Below are positions 9,749 through 20,321 of a stretch of 64,000 nt of DNA, in pieces (positions within the stretch are counted from its first letter, which is position 1; each line of letters begins with the position of its first letter). Position numbers and translations under genes: made by a program. The notes under the pieces were generated by a model. That model was not told the DNA's origin. It saw nothing but the letters and a program-made list of their open reading frames with translations, and searched no databases. Source of the stretch: Azolla caroliniana (Eukaryota; Plantae; Polypodiophyta); NCBI GenBank assembly GCA_043228905.1, contig JBHGNT010000011.1, forward strand, positions 3,348,001 through 3,412,000. Reading direction: 5' to 3'.

Positions 9749-12700
9749 TATGGCAAGACTCGAACCCATGACCTTAGGTTATATGGGTTGAGCTCTTGAC
9801 CATTAGATCATCTATTGTAATACATAGGATATTATTTTCATTTACATTTTATTATAGGAAATTAGTGTATATTCCAGATTTCTCTGGAACATTCTAGAAG
9901 CTTCAGGATTACTCCTGAAAACACTATAAAAGAGGGCACTAGGCATTATGTTGAACCAAATTGGTTCAATGCCAGTCTTAAGCCTTTTAGCCACCATTGT
10001 ATATTCTCTTCATATAATACATATCTTTCTTATCATCACTCTCTCTCTCTCTCTCAATCTCTCTCTTTCTCTCTGTCTCGCTCACTTCTTCCTTCTCTCG
10101 AAGAAGTTCCACACCTCTCATAGTACTAATCCTTTGTTTAGTACTAATTCCTTCTCGGGACGAAGCTTAACGGTTCTGTCCAGAGGAGTCGAGACGGACT
10201 TACAGTCGGCCATCCCGAATTTAAAGAGCATACTCAACACGTAATGACGTTGGCTTATCAATATGCCTTCAGGGGTACGGATCACTTCGATCCCGAGGAA
10301 GTAATGAAGGTCCCCCAGATCCTTCATGTCGAACGATGCCGCAAGCTGGAGCTTCACGCGGTCGATTTCACCTAGGTCGGCGCCGGTGATGACCAAGTCA
10401 TCAACATATAGTAAAATACTAACCGGTCCGAGTCGACCTTTCTGGATGAACAGGGAAGAGTCCGATTTTGACGTGACGAAGCCCAACTGACGCAGTTGTT
10501 GCGTGATCTTCACGTTCCAGGCACGCGGGGCTTGCTTCAGTCCGTAAAGGGACTTCTTCAGTCGGCATACTGCCGAGGAGTTCGTTCCGGAGTGAAATCC
10601 GGGAGGCTGTACCATGTACACCTGTTCCTCAAGGTCACCTTGCAGGAACACATTCTTTACATCCATCTGATGTAAGTGCCACCCCTTCACCACAGCTACT
10701 GCGAGCAAAACACGGACGGTCGTCATTTTCGCGACCGGCGCAAATGTCTCATCATAGTCGATGCCGTGTTTCTGCGCGTAGCCCTTTGCCACTAGCCGAG
10801 CCTTGTACCGGTTGACTGAGCCATCAGTGTTGTACTTGACCTTGTACACCCACCTACACCCGATCGGTTTTACCCCCCTTGGTGCGTCAACCAGGTCCCA
10901 GGTCTCGTTCTCCGCCAATGCGTGCATCTCTTCCTCCATCGCGGCACGCCAATTCGCGTCTTTAGCCGCTTCTGCGTAGCTCTCCGGCTCACGCACTTCC
11001 GTTACATGGGTCATGTACGCATAATGATGCGCCATGTACTCGTTGTATCCAAACCGCAAAACAGGATTCTTCTGACCGGTAGATCGGCGTAATCTCACAT
11101 TAGCCGATGTCGAGGCCTTCTCGGTCGACGCGGACTTCACCTTTAAAGACCCGTCACTGGTTCCCTCGGAGTCGGACTCGCGTCGGTCTGACTCATTCCT
11201 ATTCACGGCAAAATCCGACACCTTCTTCTTCCCTTTCTCTTTGCGCGTAGGCCGTCTCCTCGGCTTCCTGCACGGGGAATGCACGGCCGAGTCTCCACTA
11301 CTCGCCAGCTCTTCATCGGACTAGTCGTACCGACTTAGTCGTCCAATCGATCCACTTAAACGGAGTGAAACCGGACTCTCTTTGCGGGTCTCGATTTCGG
11401 GCTCATCCGGAGGCATCTCGGCCTCGCTGACCTCATCGTCAGAGCTCGGATTGGAGTCGGGGTTCGGAGTCGGGGGCTGGTACCAAGACGCGGACTCGTC
11501 AAACACAACGTCGTGGCTAACACACGCTTGTTTGGTGCGAGGGTTATAGCACTTATAACCCTTCTACTCGTCCGAGTAACCGACCAAGATGCATTTCTCG
11601 GCCTTTGCGTCCAGCTTCCTCCTTTTCTCCTTTGGTACATGCACATACGCAATGCTACCGAACACCCTCAAGTGTCGCAAGTTCGGCTTCGTTCCGAAAT
11701 ATAGCTCGTGCGCCGACACTTTGTCTCCGATTCGGTTCTAGATGTATACCACGGTCCTTACCGCCTCGGCCCAGTAGAACTTGGGCAAGCTCTTCTCCTC
11801 CAGCATTGCCCGTGCCACTTCCACAACTGACCAATTCTTCCTCTCGGCCACGCCGTTCTGCTCCAACGTGTATCTACAATTGAATTCGCGCCGAATTCCC
11901 ATTTGTTGTAGATAACCGATGAATTGACCGGAAAAGTACTCTTTCCCGCCATCCGACCGCAGGCACTTGATCTTTCGTCCCATTTCCGTTTCCGCGAACC
12001 CTTTGAGGTCCCGGAAATAGTCGAAGACTTCGCTCTTCCTCTCAATGAGGTAGATCCACGTGTGCCGCGTGTGGTCGTCGATGAAGGAGACAAAATATCG
12101 GCTCCCGCCAAGACTAATGTTTTGTGCCGGCCCCCATACATCGGAGTGTATAAGGTCGAGCTTGTTCCGGCTCCGGTTTCGCTCGTTGGGGAAAGGAAGT
12201 CGGTGTTGCTTCCCGAGCTGGCAGGCTTCACAAATTTGTGCCTTTCGCCACTAAATTTGGGCAATCCGAACACTACCTGTTTCGATTGCAGATCTTGAAG
12301 CCGCTGGTAGTTGACGTGGCCTATCCGCTTGTGCCACAAGTCGATGCCCGACTCGGATTTTTGTCCCTTCGCGAACATTGTGGTGCCGTCGTCAGTGGAG
12401 TCGAGGATGAACATCCTCCCGTCTCTACGCCCCTGCGCAATCACACGACCTTCTTCCTCAATGAAGCACCCAAGGTGTGTAAACCGAACCTCCATCCCTT
12501 GGTCGACGATCTGTCCGACCGAGACTAACTTCTTCGTGATTGTCGGAACATGCAGCACGTTCATGAGTTTCCCTTTCTGCCCGACATGGCTAAGGGGAAC
12601 TTCTCCGACATTCGCGATCGGATGCAGAGTGTCGTCTCCAGTTGCGACTACTCCAGGTTGTATCGGTTTTTCAAGGTACGAGAACCACTCCTTATGGCTC

Positions 12701-13805
12701 GTCATGTGGTTTGATGCACCGGAGCCTACGTACCACACCTCTCCGATCTCGGGGTGGTCTGTTTCATTGAGTTTGCTTCGTGTCTCGTCACGAAGGCAGA
12801 CCCTTCTCCGGCTCTCCCGGAGTCTTCGGCGTAGTGCGATCGCTGCCGATTTCCCTTGTCGGTATGTCCGGAGCCGTTTCCGGAACCGGTTCTCTCCGAA
12901 TCGGCGCGCTTCTTCCAGCACTCACTTTCCCTGTGGCCTTTCTTGCCACAGTACCAGCACTCCGCGATGGCCTTCCCTTGCCGGTTCTCATCGCTTCGAC
13001 TCCCCCTGTTTCCGGAGGGTCCGGAGTTGCTGTCGGCATCACTTCGGTGCCTTCTTCCTTGATTTCGTCGGCCGCCTCCATTGCGCACCGACTCGCCTCG
13101 TCCTCCACGTCCGCGGGGCCTATCTCCCTCCGTGTACAGCATTCTTCTGTCGGTGTGCGTGCTTGTAGACGCACCCACGTGGTTCTCCTCTACCAGGAGC
13201 ATTGACTGTAAGTCGAAAAAGGACGGCGTATTCTCCCGGGTACACACAGCCGTTCGGAACGCTCCGAACTTCGATGCCAAACCTCCGAGAGAGATCTTGA
13301 CCATCTCGCTCTCCTCGATGTTCACCTCTATCGAGGCGAGGGAGTCACAGATATCCTTGATCTTCGAGGTATAGTCCGCCACTGACAAGTCGCGTTGTCG
13401 TAGGTTGCTCAACTCCTATCGGAGCTGAAGCTTCCTGGTTGTGGTGCTAGCGGCAAAAATCTTCTTTAGATTTTCCCACGCACCCTTCAGCGTCTTTGCA
13501 TCCTGAACATAGCTCAATAGTTGTTCGCCCACACACGACGCGAAGCAGTATAATACCCTGCTCGCCGATTACTCCCACGATGGGAAGTCTCTGTGTGTCG
13601 ATTCGGGTGCCGCATCATTAGCTCCTTCGACATAACTCCAGTAGCCGTGCCCGAGTAGGTACTGGTGCATCTTGTAGGACCAAGACGCGTAGTTGGTTTT
13701 GTTGAGCTTCTCTGTTGGAAGCGAGCTCGCCATGCCTCTATCCATCGTTCTTCTTGTTCTTCTTCGTCAAGTTGTGTCGGCTGCAGAGAGGTTCTTAACC
13801 CTCGC

Positions 13806-13817
13806 GCTCTGATACCA
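13806..13817 (-). promoter_or_regulatory. Primer-binding site (tRNA-iMet) of copia B
   Basis: GCTCTGATACCA is the reverse complement of TGGTATCAGAGC and lies directly inside the 5' LTR. Confidence 0.95.
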
Positions 13818-14276
13818 TGTAAAAAGTAGCGTGCGGAAGCAAGTATGAAGACCGAACAGAAGGGAGGAAACTCAGGTTTAATGGAGAGCTTGAGCTTACG
13901 CAGTATACGCGGGAGAGACAGAGACAGAGAGAGTGAGAGAGAGAAACACAAGAACTATATTCAAAAAGATACTCAATCTCTATTCACCACTCTATACATA
14001 TGTGTGTTCAATGAACACTTTTATACAAGTCCTAGAAGGACTGACAGAAGTACTGACAGTACTTCAATGCTCATTAAGAGCTCCTACACTAACTCCCAAA
14101 TATATTCCTCACGGAATATCTTTCCTAACGGCCTCCCGGTTTACGCACCGATCCGGCCCTACCTACGCACCGGTCTGCATACCGGTTTACGCATTCGGCC
14201 TAACCGATCGGTCCCAACCGATCCGGTCCTCGGCTTCTTCAGCCGATCCGGCCGATGTTGAGCTTGTCTCTCGACA
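13818..14276 (-). repeat. 5' LTR of copia B (459 bp)
   Basis: TGTAAAA...CTCGACA, adjacent to the PBS and flanked by the ACATA TSD. Confidence 0.96.
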
Positions 14277-14349
14277 ACATACCATACCTCATTCGGTTTC
14301 GAGGTGCTTGTCTTCATCGAATTGGCCTTGTGTTTCATCACAAAAGCTG

Positions 14350-15100
14350 TGTCACGGACATGACAACAGTTATGTCAAGATTTGAACTCTTGACCTCTTG
14401 TATTATAGTCAAGTGTTATATTATAACCAACACATCCAAGTACATAATCATGTTATGTATATCTTCATAGATTATCTATTCACGTTCTAGGAGTTTTTAG
14501 AAAGTTCTAGAACTAGAAGGTTCTAGAGGGTTCTAGAATATTCTCCAAAATATTCTCAAGAATATTCTAATGCATGTACTTCAACTCACAGTATAAATAC
14601 TTGTAACTTCCTTGGTCCCTTTCAAGGGATTCAAACTGTCACGGACACACCATGCACGAACTAGGACGGAGCACATATGATGGGGCTACGAGCGACAGAT
14701 GAACTTGGAGCTAGATGTGATGAGGCTAGAAAATCTAGATGTTGTGAGCGACATGAGGGCATGAAGACAGAAATAAAGATCAAGGAGACAAGATGAGGCG
14801 AAATGAGAATACTAGATTGATGTGTCAATGACTGGTGTTGAATCCCTTGAAAGGGACCAAGGAGGTTACAAGTATTTATATTGTGAGTTGAAGTACATGC
14901 ATTAGAATATTCTTGAGAATATTTTGGAGAATATTCTAGAACCCTCTACAACCTTCTAGTTCTAGAACTCTCTAAAAACTCCTAGAACGTGAATAGATAA
15001 TCTATGAAGATATACATAACAATTATGTACTTGGATGTGTTGGTTACAATATAACACTTGAGTATAATACAAGAGGTCAAGAGTTCAAATCTTGACTATA
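14350..15100. repeat. Two truncated copies of one LTR family in inverted orientation (about 260-bp inverted repeat)
   Basis: 14374-14634 is the reverse complement of 14838-15096. Both 14350 and 14637 start TGTCACGGACA. Related to the solo LTR at 41303-41751. Confidence 0.9.
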
Positions 15101-15104
15101 ATAT

Positions 15105-15640
15105 GATCCCTCCGGATGGGAGGAACATAAGTCGGAGAGAAGAGTAAGCTGAATCGGTCGACAACTTCTCGGCCAAGGCCGAAAAAGCGACCAATTCCCA
15201 AATTCAGTCAAGGTCGAAAAATCGAATGATAATCAAGTTGGTTAATAGCTGAATCGAGACTATATTTGTAAATAGTCATATATGAATATGAGTATAAATA
15301 TATCTAGAGCAAGTAGTTAGCTATGATGATCATTATTGTTATAAAAGGATATAGTGTGTAGTTGCCTCTGTAATTAGAGAGAAAAGAGAGAGAGTTGAAG
15401 CTCTATAACCGTCTATAGAGGAAGAAGAGCTTGAGGTAGTCGCCTTAGAGTCTCTTATTGTATTCCTCTCGATATAGGGATTATGTTCGGAGTGAGTGGG
15501 CTCTCGTGGTTTTCCCCATTTCAGGGTTTCCATGTTAATATTTTGTCTCTCTATGTTAGTGCATCATTTTATGTGATTTCAGTATTTTTGTCTTTCTCTT
15601 TTGCGCTTGGTAATCGGTTGTGGACGATTCTATATTCAAT
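15105..15640 (+). repeat. Copia-type LTR remnant (boundaries approximate)
   Basis: TATAAAAGG at about 15340. The segment GGGCTCTCGTGGTTTTCCCC...GGGTTTCCA resembles the reverse complement of 36220-36257 in the LTR of copia E. Confidence 0.55.
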
Positions 15641-15659
15641 AGTTAATGCCCTATGATAC

Positions 15660-17516
15660 ATATTCAATAAGTAGTTAAGACTCCATCTCTTTCCCAAGAG
15701 GCGGTTCTAGTGAGAGAACTTAGAGAGAAGGTGTTTACATAAGCACCTTCTCCTTCTCTTTGTAACTATTGGTTATTCTTCTTGTTAATACAGTTTTACT
15801 ATTTTCTGTATACTCTATGTTTTCTCTCTCTCTCTCTCTCTCTCTCTCAAACACCATAGCACCATTGATCACCTTGTCACCCTTCGAGTATTAATGGAGG
15901 AAAGTCGCCTTAGAGGTAAAGGTTTATATATTGTTGCTTTGTAGACTTCAAGAAAGCTTTTGATATGGTACCTCGTGAGCATCTTTGGAAGCAAATGGAA
16001 GAACTTGAGGTGCCAAGTGAATATATGCTTGTAATTCCGAATTTATAAGAAGGTTATATGTTGTGTGCGTATGAGAGATAGACTTTCAGATTTTTTCAAT
16101 AGCACTATTGGTATTAAGCAAGGATGCCCACTCTCACCAACACTATTTGGTCTATGCATTGATGAATTGGAAGAAATGGTTATCAAGTTTGCAAAGGAAG
16201 AATGTGTTGAAGAAGTTGCCATTGGGAATGTTGTGATTATGCTTTTGCTATATGTAGATGATGTAGTGCTTTTTGCAAATACTTTAGGAGATGCACAAAA
16301 GCTTATGAGGTATTGAAAAGATTTTGCATGGATACTAAATTAAGTGTCAATAGCTCTAAAACAAAGATTATGCTTGTGAAGGGCCAAAAAACAACAATGA
16401 GCCACTTAAATGTGTGGAAAGCTTCAAATATCTTGGCCTTGAAGTTCCGTCAAATCATAGATGGAATGAATGTGCTACACGCCGCTTAGAGGCGGGTAAG
16501 GGAGCATACTATGCCTTTGAGAACACATGCAATCTTGGACAAAGTAAGTGTCGAGTCCTCAAGAAATATCTTTTCAACACTTTGGCGACACCGGTTCTTC
16601 TCTATGGGGTGGAAGTATGGGGCGGTAGCATCCCTAAATCTATGTGGAAAGAGTTTGAAAATGTCCAAAAACATTTTGTTACAAAGTTTCTACAAGTTAA
16701 GAAACAAACACCCTACAATCTCCTCCTCCTTGAGATGGGATCGCTTCCCATTGAGATCATGGCCATGAGAAGGGTTGTTGAATACATGCTTAAGGTTCAA
16801 AAGAGTCCCTTACATTAACTTCCTAGAATTGCATGGGAAGCAAGCAAAAAGATCCAAAAGACGCATAAAAGCAAATTTTTGTGTTCCGGTTAGATACAAG
16901 ATATGGAAAAATGGTTTGGTAGATGGGATGCGAGACACTTGCTTCATGATGCATCACTAGATTCCTCTATAAATGAGGCATTTTTGCAACGCCAATGTAT
17001 CATGACATGGGACAAATGTGGATCCCACACTTCACACATTATACTACACATGTTGCACCTAACTACAAAACCATATTCTTTGCGGAACGGGGAAACCGTA
17101 CACATCGATACATGTTAGAGCCCATCCCGTTATCTGCCATTCGAACCATTTCTTCCATGCGACTTAGTTCACATGCATTGCAATGTGAGACAGGGCGTTG
17201 GGGCACAAGTGATGAGAGTGGTCGGTTATGCACACTTTGCCCTAAACAAGTTCGCGAGTCTAAGCATCAAATTTTGATACAATGCTCTACCTTTGATCAT
17301 ATTCGACCATGCTTTCCACATCCCTTCGACCGAGCCCAATCCTTGCACGAATTTCTCTCACAACCACAATGTGCACTCTCAATTACAACATTCATTGGTA
17401 AAGTTCTTGAACATCGAGAGTCACTACTCACTTTCACACGTATCATGTGAAATGTAATATTTTTGGCCTTGTAGGTCATATTTTACCTCTGAAGACAATA
17501 ATATAGTCTCTCTAGA

Positions 17517-17547
<31 letters not shown>

Positions 17548-17607
17548 ACACACACACACATACATACATACACATTCCGCTACACAGAATCACTCTCAAT
17601 TCTTTAC
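15660..17607 (+). repeat. Copia-type LTR split at its (CT)n tract by a LINE
   Basis: 15720-15848 and 17517-17607 (...ATTCCGCTACACAGAATCACTCTCAATTCTTTACA) align with consecutive parts of the reverse complement of LTR 43683-44062. Confidence 0.65.
15849..17543 (+). mobile_element. 5'-truncated non-LTR retrotransposon (LINE; RTE/RTEX- or CR1-group-like), degenerate
   Basis: RT motifs FVDFKKAFD, GIKQGCPLSPTLF, LLYVDDVVL, FKYLG; C-terminal RLSSHAL.CETGRW..CTLC..H....C; 3' end runs into (CT)n. Confidence 0.9.
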
Positions 17608-20321
17608 AAACATTAACCAAAGGATACCTCCATTGAGCTAGAGGGTTATAGGTTTGGAGGAAGGATATTCTTGGGCTTCTACAAAGTAGTAGAAGAAACT
17701 ACGACCAACAGAAGCATTAATGATGATATAGCCTGTGTATTGGGCGAAAGATATGGTGGGTTATCCAGGAAGGGAGGTGATGAGGTCTCCATCAAGTGCA
17801 CAAGAAACGAGTGAACAGAGAATAACCCACAAATTTGCTGCAGAAAACAAGATCGTTGCCCTTGTCGTCATTGTCCACAGAGATGGCCTCTATAGAGCTC
17901 TACCAGACAAATGAGAGGAGAGAGGAGCTTCTTCTATATAAATAATAGGAGAGGTTTTTTAAACTCTCTTCTTCGTCTTCTTCTTCTTTTCTAAAAACCT
18001 CATTTTATGGAGGTTTTCCATTATTTTCCAAATACCCCTCCCTATATACATTATACTTTTGTTACGGGCATGACCATTTAATATCCCGTGGTGAGAATTT
18101 ACCGTAGTATTCTATACACGTGGATAAGTGTGAGGGTTAAATGAGAGTGTAAAGAAGGGGAGGATTACTTTTAATTCTCGGGATTGAGAGAACCCATTAG
18201 GTCAAGTGTGAACTTGCTTGGGGGCCTTGGGTATCGCTATAAATAAGAGGCCTAGCTACCCTCATTTCATCATCTTTTGACTATATCGAGACTCTGCTCT
18301 TGTGGTGGGTCAACTCTTGTAGCGAGCGCGCCAGCACCAGGTACGACTCGACGCCACAGCGGTGGTATGGGACGTCGATCGAGGTTCGAGTCCGTCTCGA
18401 TCCCTTCGCTCGGGGGTGGTCGGGTGGATCGGCACCCTTTTTTCTCTTTCTCCTTTCTATCTATCATTTGTTTATCCTTATCTTAAGCTTACTTTAGTAC
18501 CTAGATCTCTAATATTTGGTATCAAATTTATGTACTAATGTTTCTTTGTTTTTCATTTGTCTTTTGATTGATGGTGATCGATCTATGTGCGGTCGGCCTT
18601 GATCCAGACAACGATCAACAAAGAACTTCGGTAACTCTTTCCGTAATTATTTTTTTTCTCTATTCTCTCTTTTCCCATCTAATCATGTGTTTAGTTTATA
18701 TGTCATTTTTTTCATTAAGTCAATGATGTTGTAGTGGTCTTTAATTGATTATCTAAAACGTTTACATATGTGCACGAGGTCAATACCTCATTTGACATAT
18801 AAATAATATGTGATGAGTGCCGTATGCGTACGAGGTTAATACCTCAATTACGTATTACGTTCACGAACATATGTTACGTTTGCATATGAGTTTAATACCT
18901 TGATTTGTTGTAAAGGATATGCGTAAGAGGTCAATACAATTGCGTATTACGATGATCTCTTATTTGTGGATGTTTCGTGTGCGTAGAGGTATATACCTCG
19001 ATTACGTATCTCGATCACATCATTTGTGGCTATTTAATATAACGATATGTTTAATATAGGCATATGTGGTCACATATATACGTATTTGATCGTATATATG
19101 TGATAAGTAAACATATGTGTATATTCATTATTACGTGATTATATCGAAAGTTGTCCTTGTCGGGAAAAGGATGTTGGTGGCCGTCCTCACATTTTTGTGA
19201 GAATGGCGTTGTCACCATCCCTTTTTCAACAATTTTTTATTGTTGACAACCCCGTTGATGACCTCGATTTCATTACGTAAAGAAAGGCCTATAGCCATAA
19301 TGATGTTGAGTACGTAGGGCTTGACCCACTTCAAGTGAGGTCGCTCCAATGACACACGTATCCAACATCCCTCCCTCGTTACATGGATATGATGCCACCA
19401 TGAGCTCGTTCTTACGAGAGGCATTCGTAATGACGTGACCATGTGATGGGCCACGTGAGCCTACTACGAAATGAGGGCTCATTTGGCTTGACCATTAGGT
19501 TGCACTTTGACGTATGCCATCATAATTACAAGACTTGAGGTTGGGTAACGTACCAACATAGTTTTGGTAAATGAGGGCGAAATAAGGACCCTTGACATAT
19601 ATGTTCTTTTAAAAAAAACACATATGATCAAATGCCTCGCATATCTCTTATACGCATCATTCAAACATTAAGCATTCAAGAAGAGCAACTTACTTGGTTG
19701 GCTCAAGTGTTTAATGTATTTGTTCTTGAGGTCTCGAGTTCAAATATGACCAAGACCATACAACATCCTTGATACATATGACTATAACACATGTTTAGAC
19801 TTAAGGTCTAAGTGCAGTTCGGGGTCCTCGTAATAGGACTTAAAGAGCCGAAACCACATATGTGGGCAAAGAAACATAGTTTATTGTTAACATTTTTTTT
19901 GTGTATAAACTACTCATGACACGAACATACATGGTTGAGCCTCGGGGAGCCGCCATGAAAAAATCGATATAGAGATCAGGGAAAGACATTAAATTGTCAC
20001 CCCCATGGTTTTTAAAACGCCTTTGTGTTACCATAGTCACCTGATTTTGAACCTCATCTCATACGTCTAGAGGGGTATTGACGTGAGATCATGATATCGA
20101 TTAATGTTTGCCCATGATATGTTTACATCACGACATGATGTTATGACTATTTCTCTGATTTTATCCTATTTCTTTTCCAGAAATAATCTTTAATGGCTCA
20201 AATTAACGACCCGATGTCATCCGCTCAAGCGGAAGGAACTCAAGGGAATCCTCCTGGACAAATGTCCACTGAGATGTATTTGGCACAAATAACCCAATAC
20301 CTTAGTTTCACCGCTCAATAG

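Larger units (their letters stand above)
4498..10156 (+). mobile_element. Ty3/gypsy chromovirus (Tcn1/Tf1-sushi-like), nearly intact, both outer LTR ends clipped
   Basis: 5' LTR 4498-4921, 3' LTR 9741-10156, PPT AAAGGGGGGATAG at 9728-9740, then gag, protease, RT (YLDD), RNaseH, integrase and chromodomain (YEVAAILDSK...YLVNWLGY). Confidence 0.97.
3292..13733 (-). pseudogene. Copia B gag-pol polyprotein (disrupted; 4498-10156 is the gypsy insert)
   Basis: ATG at 13733. ORF pieces 12726-13412 (gag, zinc knuckle), 11758-12921 (PR/GAG-pre-integrase), 11738-11983 (INT), 10118-11284 (RT), 4063-4467 and 3292-3993 (RNaseH plus C-terminal extension). Several stops and frameshifts. Confidence 0.9.
2856..14276 (-). 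mobile_element. Full-length Ty1/copia element B nested in element A and itself interrupted by a gypsy element
   Basis: LTRs 2856-3297 and 13818-14276 (TG..CA), TSD ACATA at 2851-2855 and 14277-14281, tRNA-iMet PBS, PPT at 3298-3309, and gag (CWYCGKKGHRESEC), PR, INT, RT and RNaseH ORF pieces. Confidence 0.97.

Noticed and set aside
12311-13374. Long plus-strand ORFs opposite copia gag
   Set aside because: Antisense shadows of GC-rich coding sequence with no recognisable domain.
18383-18393. Perfect B-box GGTTCGAGTCC in the gypsy LTR
   Set aside because: It is in sense orientation, has no convincing A-box at tRNA spacing and is mutated in the other LTR, so it is not counted with the U3 modules.
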